A DNA stretch of 64,000 bases from Promethearchaeota archaeon (lineage in GTDB: Archaea; Asgardarchaeota; Heimdallarchaeia; Hodarchaeales; Hodarchaeaceae), in contig JBHLMN010000023.1 of NCBI GenBank assembly GCA_048938105.1, forward strand, positions 32,001 to 96,000, written 5' to 3'. Below, one piece after another: positions 19,046 to 29,076 of the stretch; position 1 is the stretch's first letter; each line of letters opens with the position of its first letter. A model generated the notes under the pieces. The model did no database searches. It was not told where the DNA came from and was given only the letters and a program-made list of their open reading frames with translations. The translations under genes were made by a program, and so were the position numbers.

Positions 19046-19801
19046 TCAGGTATACATTCTCCTTGAAGATAACCTGTCTTTTTCTGTGTCTTCCATAGGC
19101 GCTAGTTGCCTTTTTATTTCCTCTTCGATCACACGAGCATTTCTTATTAACTCTTCGGTTTGAATTTCAACATTTAAAAGATTACTGAGTTTTTCAACCG
19201 CAGCAACCGCTCCCAGTGGATCGGGGCGATCTCTTTCCGCATATGCAAGAAGACCAACCGCAGGGAACATGTTCATATCTAGATATCCAAGCATTATCGC
19301 AAGTGGTCCAGCAACAAATAATCCAGGGTTTAGTAAATTCGTTTTTACTTCTTCAATGAATCCATCTGGTAAACTAGAATGAGAAAAAAGCGCTCGGCTT
19401 GGAATATATTGCAAAGGGTTGTCTGACGCTTTTAAATTTATATCAACTCCCCCAATAAAGTAAGTAATTTCGAAGTTCTTGTGGCTTAGAATCCATTCGG
19501 AGAGTTTTTCAGAAAATTCAATCTGAACATGACGATACGGTTGTAGATGAGGAATAAAGACAGCAAAATCTAGCTCATTTCCCCCATAAATCTCAAATGG
19601 TAATCTTAACCTGTTTTCCTGTACTGAAATGAACGGTGGGGCCCCACTTGACATAATTGTAGCAATCCTCTGCATTTTTAGTTCTTGAATTAAATGAGAA
19701 ACAGAAATGTATCCTATCTCTCCTAGACCATGCCATCCTCCAATGAATATGTTACATTGATCTAGAATTTCAGGCTGTTCAATGAAAATCTTAAACTTCA
19801 T
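19046..19801 (-). CDS. Proteasome assembly chaperone, PAC2 family
   Basis: GWHGLGEIGYI, PDPLGA, C-terminal HbYX-type tail MYT. Confidence 0.85.
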   Translation of the reverse strand: MKFKIFIEQPEILDQCNIFIGGWHGLGEIGYISVSHLIQELKMQRIATIMSSGAPPFISVQENRLRLPFEIYGGNELDFAVFIPHLQPYRHVQIEFSEKLSEWILSHKNFEITYFIGGVDINLKASDNPLQYIPSRALFSHSSLPDGFIEEVKTNLLNPGLFVAGPLAIMLGYLDMNMFPAVGLLAYAERDRPDPLGAVAAVEKLSNLLNVEIQTEELIRNARVIEEEIKRQLAPMEDTEKDRLSSRRMYT

Positions 19802-19825
19802 TGGTTACCACTCCTTATGATTTTG

Positions 19826-20488
19826 TCACTCTAGTCGGTTCTCTCTTGCGATATATCTAGCCCGGCTTTGGATTTTTTTCATATGTTCAAAAGTTTTCCT
19901 GCCTTTCTTGGATATCTCAATATATCCAAGTTTAAACAAGTCAAATAGATTTTGGAAATCTGAGCTGATTGCCTTTAATGTACTGTAGAACGTTAATAAA
20001 TCGTCAGCTTTTTTTTCTATCTCCATTGATACGTGGCTTAATCCAAAATCGATCAACCATGGTTCGTTATGTTTATTAATAACAATATTAAAGACAGTTA
20101 AATCCCCGTGTGTAATATCATTCTTGTGAAGAAGACCAACTTGCTGACCTATGGCTTTAAAAATTGATTTTAATTCAATGAGAGGTGCTGTATTCATTAA
20201 AAAAAAGAGGATTTCTCCTTGGATTTCCTCAATCAACAAAGTTCGGTTACCAAAATCAATTCCAAGAAGAACTGGTACTCGAGCACCGATCTTCCACGCA
20301 GACACCATTATTCGAGCTTCTGCTCTTAATCTTTGTAAACGGATCGCATTGTCTATTTGTGGTAATCTATAAATTTTTGGAAGCCGATGTTTCAGAACTA
20401 TTGGAGTTTGAAGAAATGAACCACGATAAATTATAGCTTCTGCACCTTTCGCTAGTATTTTATCTTGTTTAATCATCAATGGATCCAA
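19826..20488 (-). CDS. bud32: KEOPS kinase Bud32
   Basis: KGAEA, KHRLPKIYR, HGDLT, IDFGL, RARY. Adjacent to kae1. Confidence 0.93.
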   Translation of the reverse strand: MDPLMIKQDKILAKGAEAIIYRGSFLQTPIVLKHRLPKIYRLPQIDNAIRLQRLRAEARIMVSAWKIGARVPVLLGIDFGNRTLLIEEIQGEILFFLMNTAPLIELKSIFKAIGQQVGLLHKNDITHGDLTVFNIVINKHNEPWLIDFGLSHVSMEIEKKADDLLTFYSTLKAISSDFQNLFDLFKLGYIEISKKGRKTFEHMKKIQSRARYIARENRLE

Positions 20489-21468
20489 TTCACTTCTACT
20501 TGGTCAGTTCGCCAACGAGGAATTACATGACTTTGTTTAATTTTTATGAAATCGTTAACTTCATACATTTTTACACCAGCTAAGGCAATCATTGCTCCAT
20601 TATCCCCAGCAAGGTTTTTTGGAACTACAAAAAATTTGATTGATTGCTCTGATGCTACTCCTTGCATCATTTCTTGAAGTCTTTTATTCGCTGCTACACC
20701 CCCTGTTAATAAAAGGGAAGATTTTTTGGTACATGACAAAGCTCGTTCTGTAGCCTCAGCTAATGCTGCAAAAGTATATTCTTGAAAAGAATAACAAATG
20801 TCAGAAACATCATTTTTTGAAATGAGTTTTTGAGCAGCAGTAATAACACCAGAAAAGGAGAATGACATACCTTTTATTGTATATGGAAGAGAAAGTAAAG
20901 TTTTCCCCTTTTTCGCTTCTTGTTCAATATAAGGTCCTCCAGGGTGAGGGAGTCCTAATTTTCTCCCAAGACTGTCTAATGCATTACCAATAGCTACATC
21001 TAATGTTTCTCCAAGGATACGGTATTTTCCATTCAGGAAAGTGATAAGCTGAGTATTTCCCCCACTCACATAAAGGACCAAAGGGTCTTCAGCTGGTGTA
21101 AGCATTCTTCCAAGCTCGACATGGGCAATACAATGGTTAACACCAATCAATGGTCTCTTTATCAGTAAAGAAATAGCCCGAGCAATAGTTGCAGTTATTC
21201 TAAGACATGGTCCAAGACCTGGTCCTTGAGAGAAGGCAATTGCATCTATTTTATGTACTTTAAAGGGCAATTTATCAAAGATGTGTTCCAAGAGTCTTGG
21301 GAAATGTTTGGCAAGAAAATCTGATGCTTCCCTCGGATGTATACCACCCTGTGTTGGAAAATAGGTAGCTGACTCATTGATAATTATTTTTTTACCCTTT
21401 ACTACAGCTATTCCTGCGGTATGAGCCGTTCCTTCAAATCCTAAAATTATAGGTTCATTTTTCACCAT
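20476..21468 (-). CDS. kae1: KEOPS t6A synthase Kae1
   Basis: GFEGTAH, GGIHPREA, HCIAHVE, VSGGNTQ, GETLD, DNGAMIA. True start is MVKNEP at 21468. Confidence 0.96.
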   Translation of the reverse strand: MVKNEPIILGFEGTAHTAGIAVVKGKKIIINESATYFPTQGGIHPREASDFLAKHFPRLLEHIFDKLPFKVHKIDAIAFSQGPGLGPCLRITATIARAISLLIKRPLIGVNHCIAHVELGRMLTPAEDPLVLYVSGGNTQLITFLNGKYRILGETLDVAIGNALDSLGRKLGLPHPGGPYIEQEAKKGKTLLSLPYTIKGMSFSFSGVITAAQKLISKNDVSDICYSFQEYTFAALAEATERALSCTKKSSLLLTGGVAANKRLQEMMQGVASEQSIKFFVVPKNLAGDNGAMIALAGVKMYEVNDFIKIKQSHVIPRWRTDQVEVNWIH

Positions 21469-21490
21469 GTCAGAGTCAGAAGAATCTGAT

Positions 21491-21655
21491 TTAGAATTCC
21501 GTGTATCCACATAAACCACAAGAAATCCTTCTATCTTTATGTTGTGCCATAAACGATCCTTTACAACGAGGACAAAATTCATGCGTTCTTTTTATTGCCC
21601 CCTTTTTATAATCAACTTTATAATATGCGTTTGTGGGCTTCCTTCTTGTAGTCAT
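21491..21655 (-). CDS. rps27ae: Ribosomal protein eS31 (S27ae), not ubiquitin-fused
   Basis: Not in the ORF track. Manual translation: [54 protein letters not shown]. Sits in the usual position after eS24. Confidence 0.92.
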   Translation of the reverse strand: MTTRRKPTNAYYKVDYKKGAIKRTHEFCPRCKGSFMAQHKDRRISCGLCGYTEF

Positions 21656-21660
21656 GATGG

Positions 21661-21963
21661 TCAGCTCTTTTTACTTTCTTCATTTACGAATTTATTCCTT
21701 TTTAAGCGAAATTTCGGCTCGAAAATATATACATCTTCCGTATTATCATAACAATGAACTGTTACATGAGATCTCGGTTCCCCAAAATGTCCATGGATAC
21801 TCTGTATAACAACATGATCAAGATCCATATTTAATTGAGCAGCAATTTTAGACCTAACGGCCTCTCGTGTTGGGGTCACCTCTCCTAAATGAGTAAGGAG
21901 AACATCAACTTCCTTTCGGCCTATTAATGGGTTGTATTTTTCTTCAATAATTGTGGTCTCCAT
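21661..21963 (-). CDS. rps24e: Ribosomal protein eS24
   Basis: [30 protein letters not shown]. Confidence 0.92.
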   Translation of the reverse strand: METTIIEEKYNPLIGRKEVDVLLTHLGEVTPTREAVRSKIAAQLNMDLDHVVIQSIHGHFGEPRSHVTVHCYDNTEDVYIFEPKFRLKRNKFVNEESKKS

Positions 21964-22522
21964 AAGTGGATTCCTCATGAACTTCGAATTTTTTTAGCAA
22001 TTTTTGCACTAACTTCTTTAGGCTAGGAGTAATCAGAGCTACAACAATACCTTCATCAGTATTAATAGGAGGTTGGCCGTAAACAACCATACTTCCAAGG
22101 GGTAATAAAATAATCGCAGGGATTACTAGAAGATCCTCTTCGCCATCAATCCTGACAGCGACACGACATTTATCTGAGGTATATGTTTGTATTTGTTTGA
22201 TTGTGTGTTCAATAACTCCCCAAGCAGCGTTCGAGATCCATTCTGGAGGATTGGAAACATTCATATCTTGATATAGTTTGAGATCAAGGGTAATTTCTTG
22301 TTTTCTGAGGGTTTTTCCATCGTATATTACGATGTCAGGATAAAAATTAACATCAAATAGTGTTTTAGTACAATAATCCCCTATAGATATTGTAATAGGA
22401 GGTTTTTTCCTGTTAATATAGTTCTTTGCGTTTCTTGCAGCGTTGAGAGCTGTTCCTGTATATAGTATTCCAAATGGATCACGTAATGATGTTCTTAACA
22501 TCTGTGGAAGTTTGTAACCCAA
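21944..22522 (-). CDS. GTP-dependent dephospho-CoA kinase (DUF359)
   Basis: LRDPFG, IGD, DGKTLR, NPP, IDGEEDLL, YGQP. Conserved position between spt4 and eS24. Confidence 0.88.
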   Translation of the reverse strand: MGYKLPQMLRTSLRDPFGILYTGTALNAARNAKNYINRKKPPITISIGDYCTKTLFDVNFYPDIVIYDGKTLRKQEITLDLKLYQDMNVSNPPEWISNAAWGVIEHTIKQIQTYTSDKCRVAVRIDGEEDLLVIPAIILLPLGSMVVYGQPPINTDEGIVVALITPSLKKLVQKLLKKFEVHEESTYGDHNY

Positions 22523-22532
22523 AAAGAAACCT

Positions 22533-22727
22533 CTAGCGTACTTTGATAGCATATTTCCCAGGTCGAGTAACATTGAGTTTGTGAGCTATTTTGCTTTTAT
22601 TGACATCTCTTATAATAACCATACCAACAAAGGATTTAGAAAGATGATTATGAGTTTTACAAATGGGACAGACCTCCTCTCCATGTACTATGCTATTACA
22701 TTTCTTACATGCTTTTAATTTTACCAT
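22533..22727 (-). CDS. spt4: Transcription elongation factor Spt4 (RpoE'')
   Basis: KACKKC...CPIC...SKIA..L....PGKYAIKVR. Confidence 0.92.
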   Translation of the reverse strand: MVKLKACKKCNSIVHGEEVCPICKTHNHLSKSFVGMVIIRDVNKSKIAHKLNVTRPGKYAIKVR

Positions 22728-23279
22728 TTAAGAATTCTCCTTTGTTGTAGATTCTTCAATCCAGCTTTTCAAGCCAAGACCTTCCCCCTTCATTGTGACT
22801 GCGATTTTCATGCTTACATGATCAACAGTTGCCGTAATGATCTTTCCACGGACAAGATCCCCTGGCCTAATTGTACGACCTGATTCTCGTCCTACTAAAA
22901 CACCAGAAGATCGAGAAGACATCTGGAAATACTCTTCCGCAATCTGACTGATATGAGCTAATGCGTCAGTACAGCCTATTCTCATGAAAAAACCAAATTT
23001 TGTAGTTTCTACTACCTCTCCTTCGGATACTTCATCATCTAGTGGTCGAAAGGTGATAGCTTCATATTCAACATCATGAAACGTTGCTCCATCGCCTGGA
23101 ACAATCCTACCTGGCGAAACTTCGATGATAGACAATATTGCAACAATCATTCCAACATCTGCACCAATTGTAGTTTCATTTTTTGCCCGAGAGATATCAA
23201 GTATGACCTTTGCTATTGACTCCCCAAAACGGTTTGGAGGAACACGGATTGTTTCACGGATTCGAGTTAAGTAGTACAT
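22728..23279 (-). CDS. rpo7: RNA polymerase subunit Rpo7 (RpoE')
   Basis: IRVPPNRFG, GRIVPGDGA, S1 domain (EGEVVE..KFGFF..HISQI), GLG..SWIEE. Confidence 0.94.
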   Translation of the reverse strand: MYYLTRIRETIRVPPNRFGESIAKVILDISRAKNETTIGADVGMIVAILSIIEVSPGRIVPGDGATFHDVEYEAITFRPLDDEVSEGEVVETTKFGFFMRIGCTDALAHISQIAEEYFQMSSRSSGVLVGRESGRTIRPGDLVRGKIITATVDHVSMKIAVTMKGEGLGLKSWIEESTTKENS

Positions 23280-23546
23280 AGTTCTTAAGCCTCAGTACGT
23301 TACCCTAGTACTGCAACTACTAAAAAATAGATCACATTGGGGTTTATTCATTAGACTATTGAGTGTTTCCACAAAACAATTCTTACAGAGATTGTATAAG
23401 AAAATCTCTTAACTTTAAGATAAGAAAAAACTAGCCAAAAAAGGGATTTATTTCCATTTGGAAGAATGATATTTTCTTGAACGAAAATAATTGAGCTAAA
23501 TGAATAGTTGATATTCACAATATGACACTTATTTGTCCATACGAAT

Positions 23547-23575
23547 AAAAAAAGGGGTGTGGGGATCAGACCCAC
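23547..23575 (-). terminator. Putative hairpin/U-tract terminator after hppA
   Basis: Minus strand reads GTGGG-TCTGATC-CCCAC-ACCCC-TTTTTTT, about 30 nt after the hppA stop. Confidence 0.4.
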
Positions 23576-23607
23576 TTTTAAGATATTGATTTAGGATATT
23601 TTCGAGA

Positions 23608-26094
23608 TTATTCTCTAATTGATGTTATTTTTCGATTACTTTTCCTATATGCCCATATAAACAATACAAAAAGTCCGGCCGCAACTATCATTAGAATTAA
23701 ACTAAGATCTGGTTTGACAGTTGATTCTACTAAAAGTGGAGCCAATATAAGACTTACTAAGTTAACAACTTTTATCATAGGATTAATTGCTGGACCTGCT
23801 GTATCTTTCAAGGGATCACCAACTGTATCACCAACAACACCCGCTTTATGACGTTCGGAACCTTTCCCCATATTCTTTTCTATGTCCCGAGGCTCGTCCT
23901 CTACAGCCTTCTTAGCATTGTCCCAAGCACCGCCAGCATTCGCCATGAATACTGCTAGTAATTGTCCAGAAGCAATTATTCCTGCTTGGAAACCCCCTAG
24001 TACTTCAACCCCAGAACCAATTGTTTGTCGCGCGGCCTCAGAAATGTTGGAAATGGTTGCTCCTTGGACTATTAGTACACTGAATAAAATCGCTACCATA
24101 ATAGGAACTGAAACAGCAATAACGGCTAAACTTACTAATTCTTTCTGTGCTGCTGATGTGGAGATTGATACGGCTCGTCCGTAATCAGGTTTTTTTGTTC
24201 CTTCCATAACACCAGGAATTTTAAATTGGTGCCTAACTTCCTCAATAATGTCACCTGCAGCTCGACTGACTGCTCTGATGTTGAAAGCAGCAAAAATCCA
24301 TGGTAAAGCTGCACCAAGCAAAAGACCAACAAAAACCGCAGGAATATTAACACGCAAACCGTTTAAAAGCGGATTTACTAAATCTGGATACCCAGCGTCC
24401 ACCAAATTATCTACAACAACTTGTATATCGGTAACAAAGGATGCAAACAAGCTAACCGCGGCAATAACAGCGGAAGCAATAGCTATACCCTTTGTAATCG
24501 CCTTTGTGGTGTTACCAACGGCATCTAGTTCTTCTAAAACGCCTGCTGATTCCTTATCCATAGATGTAAGTTCAGCAATACCTTGCGCATTATCACTAAT
24601 TGGCCCAAATGAATCCATTGCTACATTATTACCTGTGTGAGAAAGCATACCAATTCCAATTAGTGATATCCCATAAAGCATGTATTGTAAAATCTGTGAG
24701 GAATCAACATATAATTCTCGAATTCCAAGAAATCCACCAAAGATCTGATTACCTGGAAGAATAAGAAATGTACAAACAGCTATTACAAATGAGATGCAGA
24801 TTGTAACAACAGCCCAAACACTAGATTCATACCCAAGAGCAAGTCCAGAGAGAATAGTTGTTGCAGGGCCCCCATCCATTGACTCAACTACCTCTTTAAC
24901 AGGGCCTCGTTCTTTCGAGGTAAATCTAGCTGTAATAGGATTAAAAGATACAGCTAACATCACACCTGTAGCTGTAAGAAATGCTAGTCTCCAATCACCT
25001 ATGTAAAAAATGGCAAAAATAAACGAGGTTACAATGGTAATTGCACTAGAAAGTTCATATGATTGGAACATTGCTTTCTCTGCATCAGGTGTCTTCCAGA
25101 GGGCAACTGCAAAAGTACCAACCATTGAACTGATTACACCAATTCCTCTTACAATAAGGGGATACATTATCCAAACAATAGCCTCTGTGATCGGAGTGCC
25201 TGGTACATCTAGTGCTAATCCATATAAAAATAAACCGAGAATGAGTGATGAAACGATAGTAACTTCATAAGACTCAAAGATGTCTGCAGCCATCCCTGCA
25301 CAGTCTCCAACATTATCTCCTACGAGATCCGCGATAACAGCCGCATTGCGTGGATCATCTTCAGGGATATCCTTCTCAACTTTACCAACGAGGTCTGCTC
25401 CGACATCGGCAGCTTTTGTATAAATACCACCACCTACTCTCATGAAAAGGGCAAGAATTGTACCACCAAATCCAAAACCAAGAAGTGCATCCGGGGCAGC
25501 CGTTCCAAGAACTATAAAAATGAGCGTACCTCCTAAAAGACCAAATCCATCAGTCAACATCCCTGTGACAGTACCAGCATGATATGCTATCGAAAGTGCT
25601 TTGTTATATCGTCTGTCAACATCCATAACCTGTCCATTCTCGTCCGTTGCTCCTTGAGCAGCAGCAGCAACCCTTAAGTTACCTTGAACTGCAATTCGCA
25701 TCCCAAATTGACCAACCATTAAAGAAAAGCTTGCCCCCATAATGAAAGCAATTGTCCTCCCAATCGCTAGTATCAATGTTCTTGTCTGTTTGGGGAATGC
25801 TTCCAGTTCATATTGCGCCGCTTCAGATGTATGGATTAAATAAACACTCAGAAAAAGGGCGCCTGTCAGTAGGATTACAATCGGTAGAATTGTTTTTAAT
25901 TGTTTCCCAAGATAGGCATCAGCACCTTCCTTAATGGCACTCCAAACCTGTTTCATGTCATCGGTTCCAGTGTCGTGCTTCATAACATCTTGTTTTAACC
26001 ACCAAGAATATATGAAGCTCAAAATGGCTACAATGATGACACCAATGAGAACTAATTGTTCAAAAGGATCTAAACGCATAAATGTAGTGAACAT
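23608..26094 (-). CDS. hppA: Membrane-integral ion-translocating pyrophosphatase, predicted K+-independent H+-PPase
   Basis: GGGIYTKAADVGADLVGKVE, IPEDDPRN, GDNVGD, GGAWDNAKK, GDTVGDPLKDT. GNTTKA has Lys at the K+-dependence position. Confidence 0.95.
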   Translation of the reverse strand: MFTTFMRLDPFEQLVLIGVIIVAILSFIYSWWLKQDVMKHDTGTDDMKQVWSAIKEGADAYLGKQLKTILPIVILLTGALFLSVYLIHTSEAAQYELEAFPKQTRTLILAIGRTIAFIMGASFSLMVGQFGMRIAVQGNLRVAAAAQGATDENGQVMDVDRRYNKALSIAYHAGTVTGMLTDGFGLLGGTLIFIVLGTAAPDALLGFGFGGTILALFMRVGGGIYTKAADVGADLVGKVEKDIPEDDPRNAAVIADLVGDNVGDCAGMAADIFESYEVTIVSSLILGLFLYGLALDVPGTPITEAIVWIMYPLIVRGIGVISSMVGTFAVALWKTPDAEKAMFQSYELSSAITIVTSFIFAIFYIGDWRLAFLTATGVMLAVSFNPITARFTSKERGPVKEVVESMDGGPATTILSGLALGYESSVWAVVTICISFVIAVCTFLILPGNQIFGGFLGIRELYVDSSQILQYMLYGISLIGIGMLSHTGNNVAMDSFGPISDNAQGIAELTSMDKESAGVLEELDAVGNTTKAITKGIAIASAVIAAVSLFASFVTDIQVVVDNLVDAGYPDLVNPLLNGLRVNIPAVFVGLLLGAALPWIFAAFNIRAVSRAAGDIIEEVRHQFKIPGVMEGTKKPDYGRAVSISTSAAQKELVSLAVIAVSVPIMVAILFSVLIVQGATISNISEAARQTIGSGVEVLGGFQAGIIASGQLLAVFMANAGGAWDNAKKAVEDEPRDIEKNMGKGSERHKAGVVGDTVGDPLKDTAGPAINPMIKVVNLVSLILAPLLVESTVKPDLSLILMIVAAGLFVLFIWAYRKSNRKITSIRE

Positions 26095-26527
26095 GGTTTC
26101 ACTTTTCCTTTCTACAAATTTATCAGAACCTTGAATTCAATGATAGGTAAACTATATATCTTTTTCAAAGAATAAAAGGATCCTCATGAGCTATTCTTTT
26201 GATTTTTATACATAAAGTTGTTTATAGTTTGTAACAGACCTGAAAAACAAGTGGTTCTGCCTAAACAACTTAACAAGAAACCAATTTTAAAAATTTTAAA
26301 TAATTTTTTCCTTTTTTTGGATTCAAAATTCTTAGGTTGCCTTTTTTGGAAGTAATTTTAACATATTTATATTGTAATTGTTGATAGAAGAAGGATGATC
26401 TTTAATGACAAGGACATTATTTCAAATAGAAGAGTCTTAGTAACTTTCTTATGAGGGAGAAATTATTTTTGATTTAGCGACTAGAACGAGTAAAGTAATT
26501 CCAAATCAGGAATTCTGGGTGTATAAA

Positions 26528-26977
26528 ATGACTGAAAAGACGCTTTTGGTGATTAAACCCGATGCTGTCCAAAGATCGTTGATTGGACAAATTATTTCCC
26601 GGATCGAGGAGAAAGGTCTTAAAATAATCGGCCTGCAAATACAAAAATTAACAGAATCACAAGTAGATCAATTATATGACATTCATGTAGGAAAAACCTT
26701 TTATCCTTTATTACAGTCATTTATTCTCTCTGGCCCTATTGTTGCAATTGGGATTCAAGGTGAAAATGCTGTCAAAGTCGTACGAAAACTGGCTGGTATA
26801 ACAAACTCCCCTGAAGCCGAACCTGGGACAATTCGTGGAGATTATGGACTTGATTTAACAAAAAATATTGTTCATGCTTCTGATGCTATTGAACGGGCAC
26901 AATATGAGTTAAGTATTTTATTCAAAAAAGATCAATTGGTAGAATATGAACTGATAAATAAAAATTGGATAAAATAA
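26528..26977 (+). CDS. ndk: Nucleoside diphosphate kinase
   Basis: IKPDAVQR, PGTIRGD, NIVHASD. Confidence 0.96.
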   Translation: MTEKTLLVIKPDAVQRSLIGQIISRIEEKGLKIIGLQIQKLTESQVDQLYDIHVGKTFYPLLQSFILSGPIVAIGIQGENAVKVVRKLAGITNSPEAEPGTIRGDYGLDLTKNIVHASDAIERAQYELSILFKKDQLVEYELINKNWIK

Positions 26978-27081
26978 TTAAATGATGTCCTTGAAGGTTT
27001 GAATATAATGGCACCTAAAATATCAAAACGAATTTTAAAAGGGAGGAATCTTTAATTCAGCGACGTTATCCCTATAAGAGA

Positions 27082-27711
27082 ATGCGAATAGAAAATTTAA
27101 ACCGTTCACAGCTCATTAAAGATGAAGAAGATCGTTGGAGATTAGTTACACCAAGTGGGGATTACATTTTCCGAATATGGATCATGGGAATTGTCACAGA
27201 AAGATATACTGGGGAAAATTACTATCTTGGGTTGAAAGTGGAGGATGGGAGTGGAGCAATTATAGTAAAAACTTGGGACGGCAGACTTGATCAATTTCAG
27301 AAGTGGGATAAAATCGAGGTTTTAGGCCAAGTGCAAATGTCTGAGAGAGATGAAGAAATTGATGTTTTTATCTCTCCTGATATTTTTCAATCTATTTCAG
27401 ATGATAACTGGTTCTTAGTACATAGGTTAAAAATTGCTCAACAACTCCAAAGTGACACCTCGATTGAAGTTAAGTCTGCAACTGTAGGAGGTATTGAACT
27501 TGGTGTTGCCTCTATAGAAGATCTGAAAATAAAATTACACGAGGCTGTTAAGAAGTTTGATAAGGGGGGAGGTGTAACATATAACCAACTAGTAAGGATA
27601 TTTTCCGATATTGATGAGGTTCAGCTTGATGAAGCTATTACCGAGTTACTGGAATCTGGAGAGTTTTTTGAACCTAAAGCAGGGATTTTTTCCTCAGCTG
27701 TTGATTCATGA
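27082..27711 (+). CDS. RPA32/RPA2-like protein (OB fold plus C-terminal winged helix)
   Basis: RIWIMGIVTE..KVEDGSGAIIVKTW OB fold, then GGVTYNQL...LDEAITELLESGEFFEPKAG. Confidence 0.8.
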   Translation: MRIENLNRSQLIKDEEDRWRLVTPSGDYIFRIWIMGIVTERYTGENYYLGLKVEDGSGAIIVKTWDGRLDQFQKWDKIEVLGQVQMSERDEEIDVFISPDIFQSISDDNWFLVHRLKIAQQLQSDTSIEVKSATVGGIELGVASIEDLKIKLHEAVKKFDKGGGVTYNQLVRIFSDIDEVQLDEAITELLESGEFFEPKAGIFSSAVDS

Positions 27712-27741
27712 AGTTATTTAATATGATTCTAGAAGAAAGTC

Positions 27742-28308
27742 TTAAGGACGATTCCACTGAAAAACATAGTATCGAATCTGTTGGTCTGATAAAACAGTTG
27801 CAATAACATATCTTTTTCTTACTGATGTTGCAAGTCTTCCAGCACGGACTAGATCAATAGGTTTGATCGTTGACGCCTTTGGAAAGATTGAAACTAGAAA
27901 TGGAGCGTGATCAATTCCTGGGCCACGACGATAAACAGCATAATCAGTCCCAAATTTAAGACCAGGACGTACAATGTAACGCTTATTACGGAGGTCCAAA
28001 AAAACCGCATAAAAATCATCAAATTTTGGAAATCGTTCCTTACAAATGTTTAAGAATTCATCTTGGGAAAGAAATTTTGAATCGTCACTATAAATAGAGA
28101 TTTTCTTCTTCTCCTGTAGAAATGCAGCCTCTAAAAGGGTTAGTTCTAGAGGACGATCAAATCTGGGTGATTTAGGTTTTCTAATCCCTACTGGTTTTCC
28201 AAAATACCCTAGTTGGTAAATATAGCTTCCCTGATTTGGGTTCCATATGATCACATGCTTATTAACTATTTGAGCTGGAATTGGGATTTCCATTGATTTT
28301 GCTTCCAA
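27742..28308 (-). CDS. endA: tRNA splicing endonuclease, catalytic subunit
   Basis: LELTLLEA, GLKFGTDYAVY..GPGIDHAPF, RLATSVRK, carrying the Tyr/His/Lys triad. Confidence 0.93.
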   Translation of the reverse strand: MEAKSMEIPIPAQIVNKHVIIWNPNQGSYIYQLGYFGKPVGIRKPKSPRFDRPLELTLLEAAFLQEKKKISIYSDDSKFLSQDEFLNICKERFPKFDDFYAVFLDLRNKRYIVRPGLKFGTDYAVYRRGPGIDHAPFLVSIFPKASTIKPIDLVRAGRLATSVRKRYVIATVLSDQQIRYYVFQWNRP

Positions 28309-28333
28309 AAGGAAAGTAAAATTTCAGATCAAC

Positions 28334-28960
28334 TTATCTCTCGTTGCCCCTTCGATTTAACATTGGGGCAATCAATCTAATAACTAAGAGTATGTCAAGA
28401 ATTACAAGGGTAATAAGTAGAGTAATAGCAGCATAAAAATTAGCCAAAGAAAAATCTTCTGGAGTTTCAATGACTGTAATCTCAACATTATTGCTGATTG
28501 TCTTAAATTTCGTAGGATTGAGTTCTGAGTCATAATACTCAACGAGTGCCGAGAATAAGTAATATGTACCTAGCGATTTTGCTGTAACTAAATAACTAAA
28601 TTTACGAGTTTCATTAACATCAATTTGACCATAAGAGAGTTGTGTTAAACCTGATACCTCAAAAACCCACGGTTGATTTAATTGATCAATAAAAGTAACA
28701 TTGTAAGCTGTTTTGTTACCAAAGTTATTAATGATCACATTGACTACAAAACTCTCCCCTCTAACTACCTCAGTTTTATCAACGTTTTTTACAACAAATA
28801 ATTTCGGGTAAATAAAATTTGTTTTCTCCACTTCTGCTGTTGAAGCCCTGACATGTGTTGTTGTTTGATTTAGGGCAATACCAACAATATTCAGACTTAC
28901 TACTGTTAAGAAAACAAAGCAAATCCGTTTTGTCTTACTATTCAATAATAAAAACCCCAT
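28334..28960 (-). CDS. Translocon-associated protein beta (TRAP-beta/SSR2)-like type I membrane protein
   Basis: Signal peptide, Ig-like domain (PKLFVVK..VVRGESFVVNVIINNFGNKTAYNVTFID...VSG...GTYYLFSALVEY), C-terminal TM helix and basic tail. Could instead be a generic BatD/DUF11 protein. Confidence 0.6.
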   Translation of the reverse strand: MGFLLLNSKTKRICFVFLTVVSLNIVGIALNQTTTHVRASTAEVEKTNFIYPKLFVVKNVDKTEVVRGESFVVNVIINNFGNKTAYNVTFIDQLNQPWVFEVSGLTQLSYGQIDVNETRKFSYLVTAKSLGTYYLFSALVEYYDSELNPTKFKTISNNVEITVIETPEDFSLANFYAAITLLITLVILDILLVIRLIAPMLNRRGNER

Positions 28961-29076
28961 TAAGGCGCAGTTACACTCCTGTAGATTATCTTGTTAAAGA
29001 TTCTTGTTTCTATTCTTTTTATCTTCAAATTTTCTTAACAAAACATTCTTGTTTTACTTTTTTCCTTTAACTTAAC

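Noticed and set aside
21469-21582. N-terminal extension of Kae1 in the ORF track
   Set aside because: It overlaps the real eS31 gene (21491-21655). Kae1 starts at 21468.
21491-21655. Eukaryote-like ubiquitin-eS31 fusion
   Set aside because: The gene starts 5 bp after the eS24 stop, leaving no room for a ubiquitin moiety.
23882-26134. Multiple plus-strand ORFs antisense to hppA, and similar shadow ORFs throughout the track
   Set aside because: They are antisense or out-of-frame shadows of well-supported genes.
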